Positions 1 to 32,871 are shown, numbered from the stretch's first letter. The stretch is DNA of 64,000 bases from Tubiluchus corallicola (GCA_030141605.1 JAQGDQ010000102.1:43676-107675), one strand, 5' to 3'. Translations and numbers: made by a program. Notes: generated by a model from the sequence alone, not told the origin.

Positions 1-1563
1 TCCGTAGGCCTGCACTATGTCGTTTTAGGGTAATGATTGGATGCTGTGAGCAAACGCTGTGCACAAGAAACACTGGGAGATACGATTGCAAGTAGTGCAA
101 TAATGCACTTGCATTGTTTTTTTAACTCGCCCCTAGATGGCAGACAAAAAACTGCTCAGTCACCATAGTAACGCCAACTTTAGCAATGAGCATTCCTGCA
201 GTGTGATGTTAGAAACTACAGCAGGACAATGAACATAGCGGCTGCGTGTTACAAACGCCATGGCAACCTATTGTTCCAGCTGAGCTGTGCGAAAATTTGA
301 CACAATCATTTTTTTACAAAAATATAATTAGCGCATGAAAAGTTTACGTCCTGCATTTGTACATATTCCGCATTGGATATTTCATTGGCTATTTGAAGAT
401 GTCTGCCGTTTTTGTTTAAAGGGGGAATATCACCAAAATTAAGTTGAGCTTGAATAACTCGCGATTATATTGTGAATAGAAATACTTACCTCATTCCTCA
501 CGAAAATTTCATGTTTAAGAATCCTTGGCTAAAGTTCGGATAAAATTGTACACAAAACAAACATTTGACTAGGCCACGATTGAGCATGTATCTGCACCTG
601 CGCCTCTGGTGGCGAAATTGTCGTACTACAGAAGAAACTTCGCAAAATGCCCAAGGAGAAAACGATTGTACACAACATTTGTTTGAGTATTTGTTTACAT
701 CGACAAACAGCGTTCAGCATACAGTACTTTTACCCAGTTTATACCTAGTGACGGTATCACGGTAAAGACTAGGTTATTGTGAATTGAATGCGTGATTTGC
801 TAGGTTTCGGTCTTGATTGTTCTTATTGAACGGTCGTGGAATGTGTTACACTAGGATTCAGCAATTAGACGGGATGCAGCAGTCAGACGGAAAGTATCGA
901 AATACGAAGCCAAAATGTAATAACTTCCAATGAGCAACAGAAATTTATTGAAGCAATGAAAGTACAATGTAAAAACCTGAATTCACTCCTACAACCTGTG
1001 TGATAATTTCTCAACTGTTTGCTTTGAAACGTGAGTTTAGAACATGATGAACTCTAGTGTTAAAAATCTTGTGCTTACACTTCTGAGAGATTCAGTCAGA
1101 TGCAGTTTTTTGTAGTGTCTTTTTTGTTTCATTTTAAGCTCAAGTGCATAGTTTATCGATGCAGTTTAGTCATCTCGAGATTTCTATGCATTTCAATAAA
1201 AATATCACAATTACATTACGTAATGCAGTTTTTGCGCCAAAATTTTGTCTATGATGCTTTTTCCTGAATTTTGAATATTAACTAAAGAAAAAAACATTTT
1301 AAATCATAAACCGACAACTGCAAATTGTTAATCCTTACACCATAAACAATGAGTTCAGTGCATTTTGTAATTTGTGAGGCACAAAGAGCATTGTACTAGA
1401 TTATTTTGTACTACATATACTTTTTTCAACTTTGTAATAGAATGAGTGTCAGAATAACCTTACTTGAAACAACACAATAAATAATTATTTTGTCATCAAA
1501 CCACATTATATCGTTGGTTTTTTTTATTTTGTAAAAGTGGATAATAATTATATTAATAATAAA

Positions 1564-3241
1564 CTAGCCAAACCCCACAAAAAGAAGTTTGTGCACAAAT
1601 CAACACACAACCCACACCACACCACTCCACCTCATCACACCACACTGCAGCACACCATACCACTCCACCTCATCACACCACACTGCACCACACAATACCA
1701 CCACACCGCACCACACCACACCATACCACCCACACCATACCACTCCACCACATCACACCACACTGCACCACACCATACCACTGCACCACCCACACACCAC
1801 ACCACACCACCCACACCATAATACTCCACAACATCACACTGCACAGCACCACACCATAACACCACACTGCAACACACCACCCACCCACCTACACACCACA
1901 CCACCCACACCATACTACTCCACCACATCACACCACACCGCACCACACCATACCACTGCAGCACACCGCACCACCCACCCACACACCACACCACACCACC
2001 CACACCATTCGACTCCACCACATCACACCACACTGCACCACACCACACTGCACCACCTACACACCACACCACCCACGCCATAATACTCCACCACATCACA
2101 CCGCACTGCACCACACCATAACACCACACTGCACCACAACACCCACCCACCCACACACCACGCCACCCACTCCATACCACACTACCCACACCACACCCCA
2201 CACACCCTATCACCCCACCACACCATCCATAGCACAACACACAAAGCACACCACCACCACACCACATCAAATCCACCACCTCACGTGGTGATCATGATGT
2301 TGATGATGATGATGGTGGCAACGATGACGACACCTATAGCACAAGCACCAACAGCACAGCATTACAACAAAACCATTCCAAACATTTTTCACAAAGTTGA
2401 AACTATGTGCTATAATATAATAAATAGCAAAGGCCCCGCAAAAGATTTTGCGTATAAATACACGTGTAATCAATAATACGCGAACATCCTACCTAGTCCT
2501 CATTTATAACACAAAGCCCGTAACATCATGCCTACTGTTTGTTTAACTAACGCAAAGCCTGTAGCAGCGTTTTGCTGAATTAAAGTTATAAGATTACAGC
2601 AGAGTACAATGGATGACGTCACAACAATGCCTTTGCGTCAGCAGTTTTCTAAGCGAAAATTGCCGAAAATGGAACTTCTAATTAACTCGCCAGTACTCCT
2701 CTCGGTGGACCTGCCCTAAAATATAACCTACATCGTCGTGTAGCCCTGTCCTTCCTCTTTGTAAAGAGCTATATATCTCCTTCCAAGAGTCCCACCGGGC
2801 GCCGCTAGAACGTTTTTACCGCAGGCTGTTTGGTCAAAATTTCGAAAAAGTCGCGAGTTGGGTCCGGGAAAACGCCCGTTACGGGACGCCGTGGCCCTCT
2901 CGGGAATTCTAGATATGCCTACTACACCCACCGCTGAACGGGCTATCTATCCATACCCAGCACCACCCTCGGCCCGTTCCCGTTCTCTACATCTCAGCCG
3001 TATAACTTTTGCAAAAAACGGCCGAAAAAGGGCCATTTTTGGAGGTTTTTCGCCTCCCCCTTCTCCCGGTGGGCCCCATTCGAAAAATAAACCATCAATG
3101 GCACGACACTAGATCGAGACCTTTCGTTTGATATATAGATCGCCGCAAATGGTGCCCTCGTCCGGGCTGTAGCCTCGAATCTTATATATATATATATAAA
3201 TAAATAAATTAAGCCCATACCAAGAATATTAATATAAGAGA
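1564..3241 (-). mobile_element. Non-autonomous Helitron, tandem unit 1
   Basis: On the minus strand it starts TC at 3241 and ends in a hairpin (CACAAA..TTTGTG) plus CTAG|T at 1564; near-identical to 3242-4770. Confidence 0.75.
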
Positions 3242-4770
3242 CTAGCCAAACCCCACAAAAAGAATTTTGTGCACAAATCAACACACAACCCACACCACAC
3301 CACTCCACCTCATCACACCACACTGCACCACACCATACCACTCCACCTCATCGCACCACACAATACCACCACACCGCACTGCACCACACCATACCACCTA
3401 CACACCACACCACCCACACCATATCACTCCACCACATCACACCACACCATACCACTGCACCACCCACACACCACACCACACCACCCACACCATAATACTC
3501 CACCACATCACATCACACCGCACAACACCACACCGCACCACACCACCCACACCATACGACTCCACCACATCACACAACACTGCACCACACCATATCACTG
3601 CACCACACTGCACCACCCACACCATAATACTCCACCACATCACACCGCACTGCACCACACCATAACACCACACTGCACCACAACACCCACCCATACACAC
3701 ACCACGCCACCCACTCCATACCACACTACCCACACCACAACCCACACACCCTATCACCCCACCACACCATCCATAGCACAACACACAAAGCACACCACCA
3801 CCACACCACATCAAATCCACCACCTCACGTGGTGATCATGATGTTGATGATGATGATGATGGCAACGATGACGACACAAGCACCAACAGCACAGCATTAC
3901 AACAAAACCATTCCAAACATTTTTCACAAAGTTGAAACTATGTGCTATAATATAATAAATAGCAAAGGCCCCACAAAAGATTTTGCGTAAAAAACCACGT
4001 GTAATCAATAATACGCAAACATCCTACCTAGTCCTCATTTATAACACAAAGCCCGTAACATCATGCCTACTGTTTGTTTAACTAACGCAAAGCCTGTAGC
4101 TTTTTGCTGAATTAAAGTTATAAGCAGAGCAGAGTACAATGGATGACGTCACAACAATGCCTTTGCGTCAGCAGTTTTCTAAGCGAAAATTGCCGAAAAT
4201 GGAACCTCTAATTAACTCGTCGGTACTTCTCTTGGTCGACCTGCCCTAACATATAGCCCACATCATCGTGTAGCCCTGTCCTTCCTCTTTGTAAAAAGCC
4301 CCATATCTCCTTCCTAGAGTCCCACCGGGCGACGCTAGAACGTTTTTCCCGCATGCTGTTTGGTCAAAAATTTCGAAATAATCGCGCGTTGGGTCCGGGA
4401 AAACGCTCGTTGCGGGACGCCGTGGCCCTCTTGGGAATTCTAAATAGGCCTATGACACCCACCGCTGAACGGGCTATTTATCCATATGCAGCACCCCCTT
4501 CGGCCCGTTCCCGTTCTCTACATCTCAGCCGTATAACTTTTGCAAAAAACGGCCGAAAAAGGGCCATTTTTGGAGGTTTTTCGCCTCCCGTTCCTCCCGG
4601 TGGGCCCGATTCGAAAAATAAACCATCAATGGCACGACACTAGATCGAGACCTTTCGTTTGATATATAGATCGCCGCAAATGGTGCCCTCGTCGAAGCTG
4701 TAGCCTCGAATCTTATATATATATAAATAAATATATATATATACCAAGAATATTAATATAAGAGTATAGA
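3242..4770 (-). mobile_element. Non-autonomous Helitron, tandem unit 2
   Basis: A|TCTATAC 5' end at 4770; hairpin plus CTAG at 3242, joined head-to-tail to unit 1. Confidence 0.75.
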
Positions 4771-7700
4771 TGTATTATTATCAGTAATTTTTATTTCAGT
4801 CCAACTGACCACAAGAATTTTATCTAATCCTAATATTTTAATAACACTGCTGTGTAAAAATAAACACAACATGTTGTTATCATGTAAAAACAAAAGCTAA
4901 TGAACAACGGTTAAAGTTCTAGTTAATATTAAAACTCTTACTGATTTAACTAACTGAAACACGACAAAGTTAAAATTGTTCATATATGTTTAATCAATAA
5001 GACTACAGTTAATATGTTATAGTCTATGTGTCCATGGGGTTCACATATTTTTTATCAAGGCTGATAAAATGAAGCTGTCACTAAAAATTCTCACACTAGC
5101 ATTATAATTATGCTTCAGTGAGTTTCTCTTCATTAATTCTTCTAGCATTTATACTATATCGGACTTGTTTTAAAACAAAAGAACTTTTGTTACCAAGGCC
5201 CACACTTTTGCAGCTTGTATTGCTGACGATGTTTTCAATTAATGCCACAAGAATTTTCACAATATGCTGTAGGCCTTCTTTTGCGCAATGATTGTTTACC
5301 TCTATTAGAATTACACTATAATGGACCTATAACTTTCGGCGGTAGTAAAATATATCGCTTTTGATGAAAACATGTTAACGGGTGCAACGACAATCGTTTC
5401 TGTCAGCTGGCTACCTATCCGAACCAAGGTCAAATGCTGCAATGTAGTAATAACAGTCTTATTTTTAGCCCAATTGTGTACGACAGTTACTCTGTTACGT
5501 CATCAGCCTGAGTTGCCCTAGTTCAATTTTTTCACCGGGAGAGGCGTAAGTGCAGCTCCATGGCGTTTCCCGTGAGATACAAAAAAGTTAATTACTCATT
5601 AATTAGGCAACGTACTGCTAAAAAACTTTCGCTAAGTTGTTCCCGGGGAAGGCAACTATAAAGTAAGTTTAACTTGGTTTTCATGATATTCCCCCTTTAA
5701 GTAGGCAAATAATTTAACTACTTGAGAAAAATCCGTCAGTACCTCGTGAAAAACGCTTCATTTACCGAACAAAACAGCTTAAAACATTTAATAAATTTAC
5801 AGAAAGCGCACAAAATGTGATCATTACAAAGCTTAAGAACCTCTCTTAATAGATCCGTTGGTTGTTTTTACCTGCAAATACTCATTTTAACAAAATTAAC
5901 GAATAATGTGTAAAAAGTGAAATTTTACTCAATGGCCATAAATTAATCTGCCTTAGCACAACAACGAAACTTGTAATTGCACTATTTGCAGTCGCAGGAG
6001 TTAATAAATCTGATACTTTACAAAAACTTGGAACAAGGACTTAGGCTCATACTCTGACTCAGACGTCATAGTCACAGTGACTTTTAGTGAGCAATATATG
6101 AGCTGTTCTTCTACGAAAAAAGACAGCATAAACAAGTCTACTTTGTTGCCACCTACAAATGCAATCTGTCTCCCTAGAGTCGTTTGCTTTTACAAGTTCT
6201 CGTCATTGAGGAGTTGCTAATTGAGGAGCTGAAAACGAGAACAGTAATCAGGTCTGCATCTCAATGTCGTTTGTTTGCTGCTTTAAACGATGACCCGCCA
6301 ATTTTCAAGAAAATATGTATCTTCAGTTGTAACTACGGTCATTTTCTGCACCTTGTGATACTGATACCCTCATTTTCATTTCGCCTGTATGTCTATTAAT
6401 TAGATGAATGTCAGTGTCACACAGCTTGCGGAAACATGGTAGTACGTAGGAGACATTGACGTATTATTTATCCCAGTGGCATTTTAGTCATGAAAGACAG
6501 GCGTGTCTTTTTTCACAGAAATTGATATTTAATTCTTATTTGTTTAGACATTGGACAAATCTCACTGAAATGTATTTCTTCGTACAAATGTGCATGAGAA
6601 TTGAATTTTTTGCCGCTAAACATTTTTGCTTTAATCCACCTAGTTTGCGTTGCTGTCACGAGTACCCCAAGGAGCTCGAGCTTTTCATTACGCAAGGGGT
6701 TAAAGCGCCTTTAATTACAGTTTATTAATGAACAAGTTGAGCTTTTGTTTCTCTAGTTTCGTGATAAGAAGAGCATGAACCCACTTACAAGATGCTCACT
6801 CAGGTACACTAATGAAATTAATTTAGCCGGTAAATCAATAACTTCTAGGGAAGCCAATATTTGTCAAAGTAGAACAAACGCTTATTAAACTAGTGTTGGC
6901 GAAACGCATAAACATCGCCTGTAGTTTTGTCGATTGTCCCAATGTTATATGTTTGTGCAGTGAAAACGTTAATTTCTCATAATAGCATTTACGTTTACAA
7001 ATATAAATTTACAATTTACAAAGGAAGCAATTTCGAGTTGAATGATGGCAGAACACCCGAAATGTTCATTACCAGGTAAACTCTGTGTATTATGTGTTCA
7101 TTTAGCTTAACTTGTCAAACATGTTGCATTATTATATCATTCTCTAATGACCATTTAAAATTAGGCTCCTATTATTCTGTCATGGTTATTGTAAACGGCA
7201 TGTCATGCGAAATGCGTCTTTTGTTTGATTGGCGAGTAATGTTTCCTGAATGTTGTCATGTTTCTGCGGTTTCTTTTTATAAACTATTCAATATTTCCCT
7301 GAATAGAGCGGCTAAGTGTCAGGTGAATTATTCTTACTACACCTCAAATACCGCTTTAAGTGGCTCCTAATTTTAGGTAAAATTGTCGAAAACAAGAATC
7401 TGGCATCAGTCAGTCGAGAACAAGGAATTTATTTTGGTTTATAGATGTCGCTTATTTGGCTCAGAAAAGGTGGGAGAGTTTATGTATCAAACATTTTATC
7501 TAAAGTTTCTTCCCGAAAGGTACTTTATTAGTGTTTGATGTCCATTGCCGTGTCACATGTATATATTTGTAAATGAAAGCAATAAACAAATGAGTTAAAA
7601 TATCATGATGTATTTATTTACACTATCGCTTCATATATACGACATAACATAACAACATAATAACTTCACAACATGACCTGTAAATAAAACATAATAGGGT

Positions 7701-8811
7701 TAGTCAACGTCACGAAATTAACAATTTAATATGCCCAATAGTGTCTTTATTACATGAGGAAAACTGGCTCCTATACATGGGAAGAACTAACTTCCCTTTA
7801 ACTACAGTTAGCACATAGCACAAAGCAAGAAATAGCTTTGCCTCTTAACGGCAAGTACAGCCATTTTAATGATAGATCGTTTGAAACAAGTTTAGATAAC
7901 ATTGCGTGTAGTTTGACAAAGTAATCAGAGCATTCGTAGCGCGCCGGGTCACTAACTAAGTAAAATTTTAAATTCTGCATTATGTCAATAAGATTAAAAC
8001 TACGTTTTTGGTTAGTGAGTGACGCACCCTGGAGGGCAAGGCTGGCAGTACGGTACGGTACAAAATTACGGCACGATACGGAAAAAAATCTTAAAATTAT
8101 TTTCTTTTTCATGCTTATTTTTTCCATACTCTCAGTTTTTAATTTTACCCACTAATCTTATTCAAATTCTCCATTAATAAACCCCGCTTGTAACTATTAC
8201 TCATAATAATCCTAAATACTGAATAATGTACTTTTATTCATAAAATTCCCCAGTCTTGAAAAGTCGTATTAAATAAATCAAATTGTTGTTTCTGGCTTTG
8301 CTATTATACATTACCAAAAATACTTTACAAGTACCAGTTGTTATTTTTCATTTTCTTTACGCAAACCAATGCCATATAGATATAATTATTTTCTTTATGT
8401 AGATTTTTTGTTCCTTTTCTTGTTTCTCATAAAGTTCTCTAATTATTATTGATGTAATTAGTTTGATTACATTAATGGTTTTGACTTACTTTTATAATTT
8501 TTTGCAATTTCTCATCATTCGTTTTGTTTTAGTTTGTCAATATTTACGTCGTATTTATCGATTTTGGTTTCTTTTGTTGTTTACAAGCCTTTAGTTGCCC
8601 CCCCCCCAATTTTTTTGCATAGATTTGCGTATTTAATTTTATTCCATTATCTTTTAGTTTGTCTTTTTAATTTCTTGACAATTTGTACTATTTTGCATTT
8701 TTTTCTTATTAATTTTGTTATCTGCAACGTCCCTGCCCTGCTCCATGATTACAATTATTTAATATTTAACTAAAACTATTGCTGTAAACCTACATTAGAG
8801 AAAATAAATGT

Positions 8812-9499
8812 TCTATGTCTATGTCTATGTCTATGTCTATGTCTATGTCTATGTCTATGTCTATGTCTATGTCTATGTCTATGTCTATGTCTATGTCTAT
8901 GTCTATGTCTATGTCTATGTCTATGTCTATGTCTATGTCTAGGTCTAGGTCTATGTCTATGTCTATGTCTATGTCTAGGTCTAGGTCTAGGTCTAGGTCT
9001 AGGTCTAGGTCTAGGTCAATGTCTATGTCTATGTATAGGTCTGAGTCTAGGTCTATGTCTATGTCTATGTCTATGTCTATGTCTATGTCTATGTCTAGGT
9101 CTAGGTCTAGGTCTAGGTCTATGTCTATGTCTATGTCTATGTATAGGTCTAGGTCTAGGTTTATGTCTATGTCTATGTCTATGTCTATGCTTATGCCTAT
9201 GTCTATGTCTATGTCTATGTCCGTGTCTGTGTCTGTGTCTATGTTTATGTCTATGTCTATGTCTATGTCTAGATCTAGCTCTATGTCTATGTCTATATCT
9301 ATGTTTATGTCTAGATCTAGCTCTATGTCTATGTCTATGTCTATGCCTATGCCTATGCCTATGCCTATGCCTATGCCTATGTCTATGTCTATGTCTATGT
9401 CTATGTCTATGTCCGTGTCTGTGTCTGTGTCTGTGTCTGTGTCTATGTTTATGTCTCTGTCTATATCTATGTCTAGATCTAGCTCTATGTCTATGTCTT
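8812..9499. repeat. (ATGTCT)n hexamer microsatellite with variant blocks
   Basis: Direct reading; explains the MS/DI pseudo-ORFs. Confidence 0.97.
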
Positions 9500-10389
9500 T
9501 GTTTAAATTAAAGTAAACTAAATCATTAGGAAAAGACTGAGAAGAACTTGGTGAATTGCTCTTTGCTATCGATCGCAAGACATTTTCCAGCTTCATCATG
9601 CAGTTTTATGCTCGCTTTCAATTACTGACAATCTAGCAGCTAAAAAACCACTAAACGAAGATGATGTCTGTGTCTGATGAAGCTATTTTTCGAGAAAAGA
9701 ACAGCCATTAGAATCTTAGCAGCTATCGTGAATTTGAAAGCGGTTATCAGTTAAAGCCTTTAACATGTTCTTAGAAGCACTAAACTGCTAATATAAAACA
9801 CTTATTGACTGTCCAACTTGTAAGTGCAAGATACATACGCTTAATTGCTTATATTGCAGATACCTGTTATTGGATGTGTACAAAGACATATTCAGGAAAG
9901 AAATTTATTTCATACATTTAAAACTACATAACATTGTATAAAAACACTCTGCTATACTATAAAATTACGATAGAAACTTCTAAACTATTTACACATATAC
10001 GTACATACACACCCATACACAAAACATAAAAACATAAGACAGATCACTAAAAATACAGAGGCATAAACCAAAAAAACACATTTAAAATTGAAAAAGATGT
10101 TGATTTTATAATGCAAACATAATTTGTACCAATTCGTCCATATAACTGAATTGTGATATGCAGAGTAAACATACAATTTATTAATTATATTTGTTAAGTA
10201 TTTCTGCCAGCCAATATAATAAAGGATCCTGTTTTTTTTTAATAACATCATAGTTGTTAATATTAAAATTTACAGATTTTTAGCTTATGCTGCATCTTTT
10301 CAAAAAATGTTGAAGCGTCTACAAAATGCATTATTGTGAACCACCTTTAAAAAGTGTAGTTGTATTAGAAAAAGTTGCAGCAAAATTGA

Positions 10390-10632
10390 CGCGCACGTGC
10401 CTCATGGTGACACGCATGTGGCCAATAGTGACACGCGCGTGCGCTATGGTGACACGCACGTGCCCTATGGTAACACGCACGTGCCCTATGGTAACACGCA
10501 CGTGCCCTATGGTAACACGCATGTGCCCTATGGTGACACGCATGTGCCCTATAGTAACACGCACGTGCCCTATGATAACACGCACGTGCCCTATGGTGAC
10601 ACGCACGTGCCCTATGGTGACACGCATGTGGA
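10390..10632. repeat. 21-bp minisatellite (~12 units) rich in CACGTG
   Basis: Unit GTGCCCTATGGTRACACGCAC. Confidence 0.95.
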
Positions 10633-10723
10633 CTATGTGTAACGACAATTTAATATAGATCGTAAAAATTTAAAATTCAGATCTGATTTAGGTGAAAATT
10701 TTACAATAAGAAGAAAAAAGAAA

Positions 10724-29768
<19,045 letters not shown>

Positions 29769-30047
29769 ACCGTAAAGATTAAAAATGAACTAAAAGACTT
29801 GTAAATTGTGTTAATAGTGTTTACGTAGAACTTACCAAACTAGCGGTCACCAGCTCGCTTCGATCACTAATATAATTTTTGGACAAATTCCAAGAATTAG
29901 GCTGAACTGGTCAATCCTGTTACCCATCGTCTTCGTTGTTCTTGTAGACAAATCAAAATTGATTTACATGCCGTCCATTTTGTTGAAAGTTCCACAGGAA
30001 CAGATTTATGATAAATGTTACCACTTCACTTTAAAACTTCTCATAAA

Positions 30048-30647
30048 TTAAAGCACAAGAAACCCCCCCACTTACATAAAACTGAGAAAATTCGTCTTGA
30101 AATTTTGTACCACTTACGTGCTAGCTTTTTACATGAAAGGCTTGCTTCAACAGTAACGCTGCATAAAACTTGTAAATTTGAACTCCCGCGATGACCGTTA
30201 GGCAGAGCCATTTTGATGGTACCTCTTTTGAAAAAAGTTTAGATAACATTGCGCAAAGTTTTAAAAAAAATCAGAGCATTCGTAGCGCACACGTCACCAA
30301 CTAAGTAAAATTTTAAAATTACTGTATTTTGTCAATGAGATTAAAAATATGTTTCTTTGTTAGTGAGTGGTGCATCCTGGAGGTGAGTCAACGACATTTT
30401 ACCAATTTATTAAAACATTTTAAATAATTGATAATTTTCTTTTCTAATTACATAAGTCTTTCAAGTAGGTAAGCGAAATGCTAAGTGATATAACTTTGCA
30501 TGGAAAGTTTTTTGAGACATAATTTAACATTGCCTTTTCTTCCTGTGACTTACGTTTGTCTAGTGACGCCATTGCTATAAAGTAATATAAATATTTAAGA
30601 CGATTTTTCTGAAACCTACTCCAGGTACCCATTTTCTTGTCATTTAA
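30048..30647 (+). mobile_element. Kolobok-like MITE, family B
   Basis: TTAA|AGCACAAGAAA ... TTTCTTGTCAT|TTAA; contains aatcagagcattcgtagcgc. Confidence 0.75.
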
Positions 30648-31854
30648 GACTTAAGAGTAATATTGTTCATAATATTACTGAGGTTCGAAGTTATTGCATT
30701 TTGTTTGCCTCTCTTCACCTCGCTAAGGAAATAAAACTTGAAGAGGACATTGCAGTCTTTTGTAATAATGTGAAGAGCGTTCATGGTGAAAAGTGTCACT
30801 CTGAGTTTAAAAAAATGATTAAGATTGTAATTCTGAAGGTCTATAAATTATCTACGCAGCACAATAATTACCTGATATGTTAAATAATGTTAAATTCATT
30901 TGTGATTTAAATAATTTTTTGTAGAAGTTGAATTCGAACCGTCAAGGTTTTCTCTCTGCAAGCGAAAAGTCCCCTTTTCGAGTGTCGAATATGTAGAGTG
31001 AGTTGCAGCTCTGTCATAATGAAATGGGTGGAAGTGTTTAGCTAATTTCTACGTTACAACCAATCAATTTGCATATAAGTTTTAGCTGAATTTAACCTGC
31101 TTCCTTATATTTCAAATTTTTCTTTGGTTTCAGTAAAGTTTATGTAAAATAAAATTTTTATTTATAAAGCTATACTGTAGGTACATAATTGATGCCTTGT
31201 CTTGGAAACATGATTTACATTACGTAGCTGAATACATGACATGACTTTCGGTTTTCTGGATCTGTTTGAAGTTTCTTTTATTATATTTTGCGCTCATACA
31301 TCGTGATTGACTATAACTACAGTAGTTATGCCAAACTAGATTAGTTACAGGTGTACTCCGCATCGCATTAGATTCCCAAATTAAAAAAGTCTCTAGTCAA
31401 ATTGCTGAACAGCAGCTGCAATCTACATAAACATAAACCTTACCAAAATACGAAAAAAGACAAAACAAAATAAACTCCATGTGGAATTGCGACATAAAAA
31501 AACTGTTTATATTTTACTGTGACTTAAAGGTCAACTAGCGTCATCTATAGACCTAGCTGTTCATGAAAAGTTGAAATTGGTCAAGGTGACACATTAGCTG
31601 GCTATAACTTAACAATGGATTTTACATGTAGCACTAGACGCCAGTTTAAAATGCTCCTAATTTAATCTACATCAATTGTTATTTATTATAAACTAAAACA
31701 TTTCAGATTTATATTGTTTTACCATACAACTCGTTCACTAAGTCCTTCCATGATCTGTCCGACCCCATTCGTCAGGTAAGAAAAGAGGGCCGATGCTTAT
31801 GTCACCTTGTACCCGCCGTAATAAGTGGCGCCACTGGCGCGTTAGATAAGTGCT

Positions 31855-31990
31855 GCCTTGTTTTCTACATATTTATGTGAATGAGTTACCTGACATATTT
31901 GACTCCGAATGTGGACCTGTAGATGTTTATGGTATCAGTACTAACTGTATGATGTATGCAGATGACATAGTATTGATATCGGATAGTTGG
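31855..31990 (+). mobile_element. LINE reverse transcriptase fragment
   Basis: NCMMYADDIVLISDS (YADD motif). Confidence 0.65.
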
Positions 31991-32699
31991 ATTAGATAAG
32001 TTTCTAATCAACGCATTTTTACTTGACTTTTTTTTGTTGGTATTTTTTATTGTTCTAATAAGTTACTGGCAATAATAATACAATCTCGAATAAATTACAG
32101 TCGTCTGTATATATTCATTCAGTCGATATCCTACCAGTATAGGCCAGAAGCAGCAAATAAAATAACGCAGAAGCATTTTCCGGCGCCTCACTAATCTAAT
32201 AGTAAACGACGTAAATAGGAAATTGGAGTTTAGTGTTTACTTCCAAGTTAAAACACGTCTCAATAATTCAACCTAGGTCATTACATTAGAAGAGTTCGAA
32301 TCCAGCTGGTGTTTTAAACGCCACTGTAGAGTAATTTCGGGTTTTGCAAAATTGTTAGCGTGCAGAGCCATCTAATGGCAAAATACAGCGAAATCCTTGG
32401 CGATACGCGTACTGAATTTAAATGACCAGCAACGTCAGAGGAACTGAGACTATAGCTTGCTTTGCGGAACTGTTTGTTTAGTCTTACATGAACAACTAGT
32501 GACTACAGTCAGTGGTCACGGTATTTGATTATATAGGCATCGGTGTACGCGCTATATTTGTGTTGGTGTTGGTAATAAGACAACGTTATTGACATGAATT
32601 TGCTGTTTTGTCTAGTAATATATGGGTCGACAGACTGTAGTTAGACGCAATACAGTTGCTTACGTTTCTACATTGCATTGAAAACGGATTCGTTTTACT

Positions 32700-32871
32700 T
32701 TTTTACAACGACTGCGTGTATCACCTGAGGCAGAACACGAATAGCGGACGCGTCTTAGTCGTTTAACTGTAAATCAAATCATTAAATAATTATCTGGATT
32801 TGTCTGAGGCCTAAAAAGCGGAACAGCAAGAAGTGATCACAAAAATCAATAGTGTCGACTTAGAATTATAG
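32700..32871 (+). other. Probable non-coding 5' UTR exon of Ctr1 (start approximate)
   Basis: Strong donor AG|GTAAGT at 32871/32872 after a CpG-richer stretch; it would join the acceptor at 33663 just before the ATG. Confidence 0.5.

Larger units (their letters stand above)
420..5696. mobile_element. Kolobok-like non-autonomous DNA transposon (TTAA TSD) hosting nested Helitrons
   Basis: TTAA|AGGGGGAATATCA at 416-432 and TGATATTCCCCCT|TTAA at 5684-5700; the imperfect inverted match extends ~33 bp. AG...CT termini with a TTAA TSD fit Kolobok. Confidence 0.75.

Noticed and set aside
1537-3835. His/Thr/Pro-rich and Val/Trp/Cys-rich ORFs
   Set aside because: They are translations of the (CACAC/CACCA)n region inside the Helitron units, open in several frames on both strands with no splice context.
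7030-7080. Upstream 5' UTR exon of the receptor (CAG|GTAAA at 7075)
   Set aside because: Only a donor-like motif, and it cannot be supported without transcripts.
8790-9599. 269-aa DI-repeat and 233-aa MS-repeat ORFs
   Set aside because: Hexamer microsatellite artefacts.
10326-10658. CRISPR-like or coding interpretation of the 21-bp array
   Set aside because: The units are contiguous with no unique spacers, there are no cas genes, and the context is eukaryotic. The ORFs arise because 21 is a multiple of 3.
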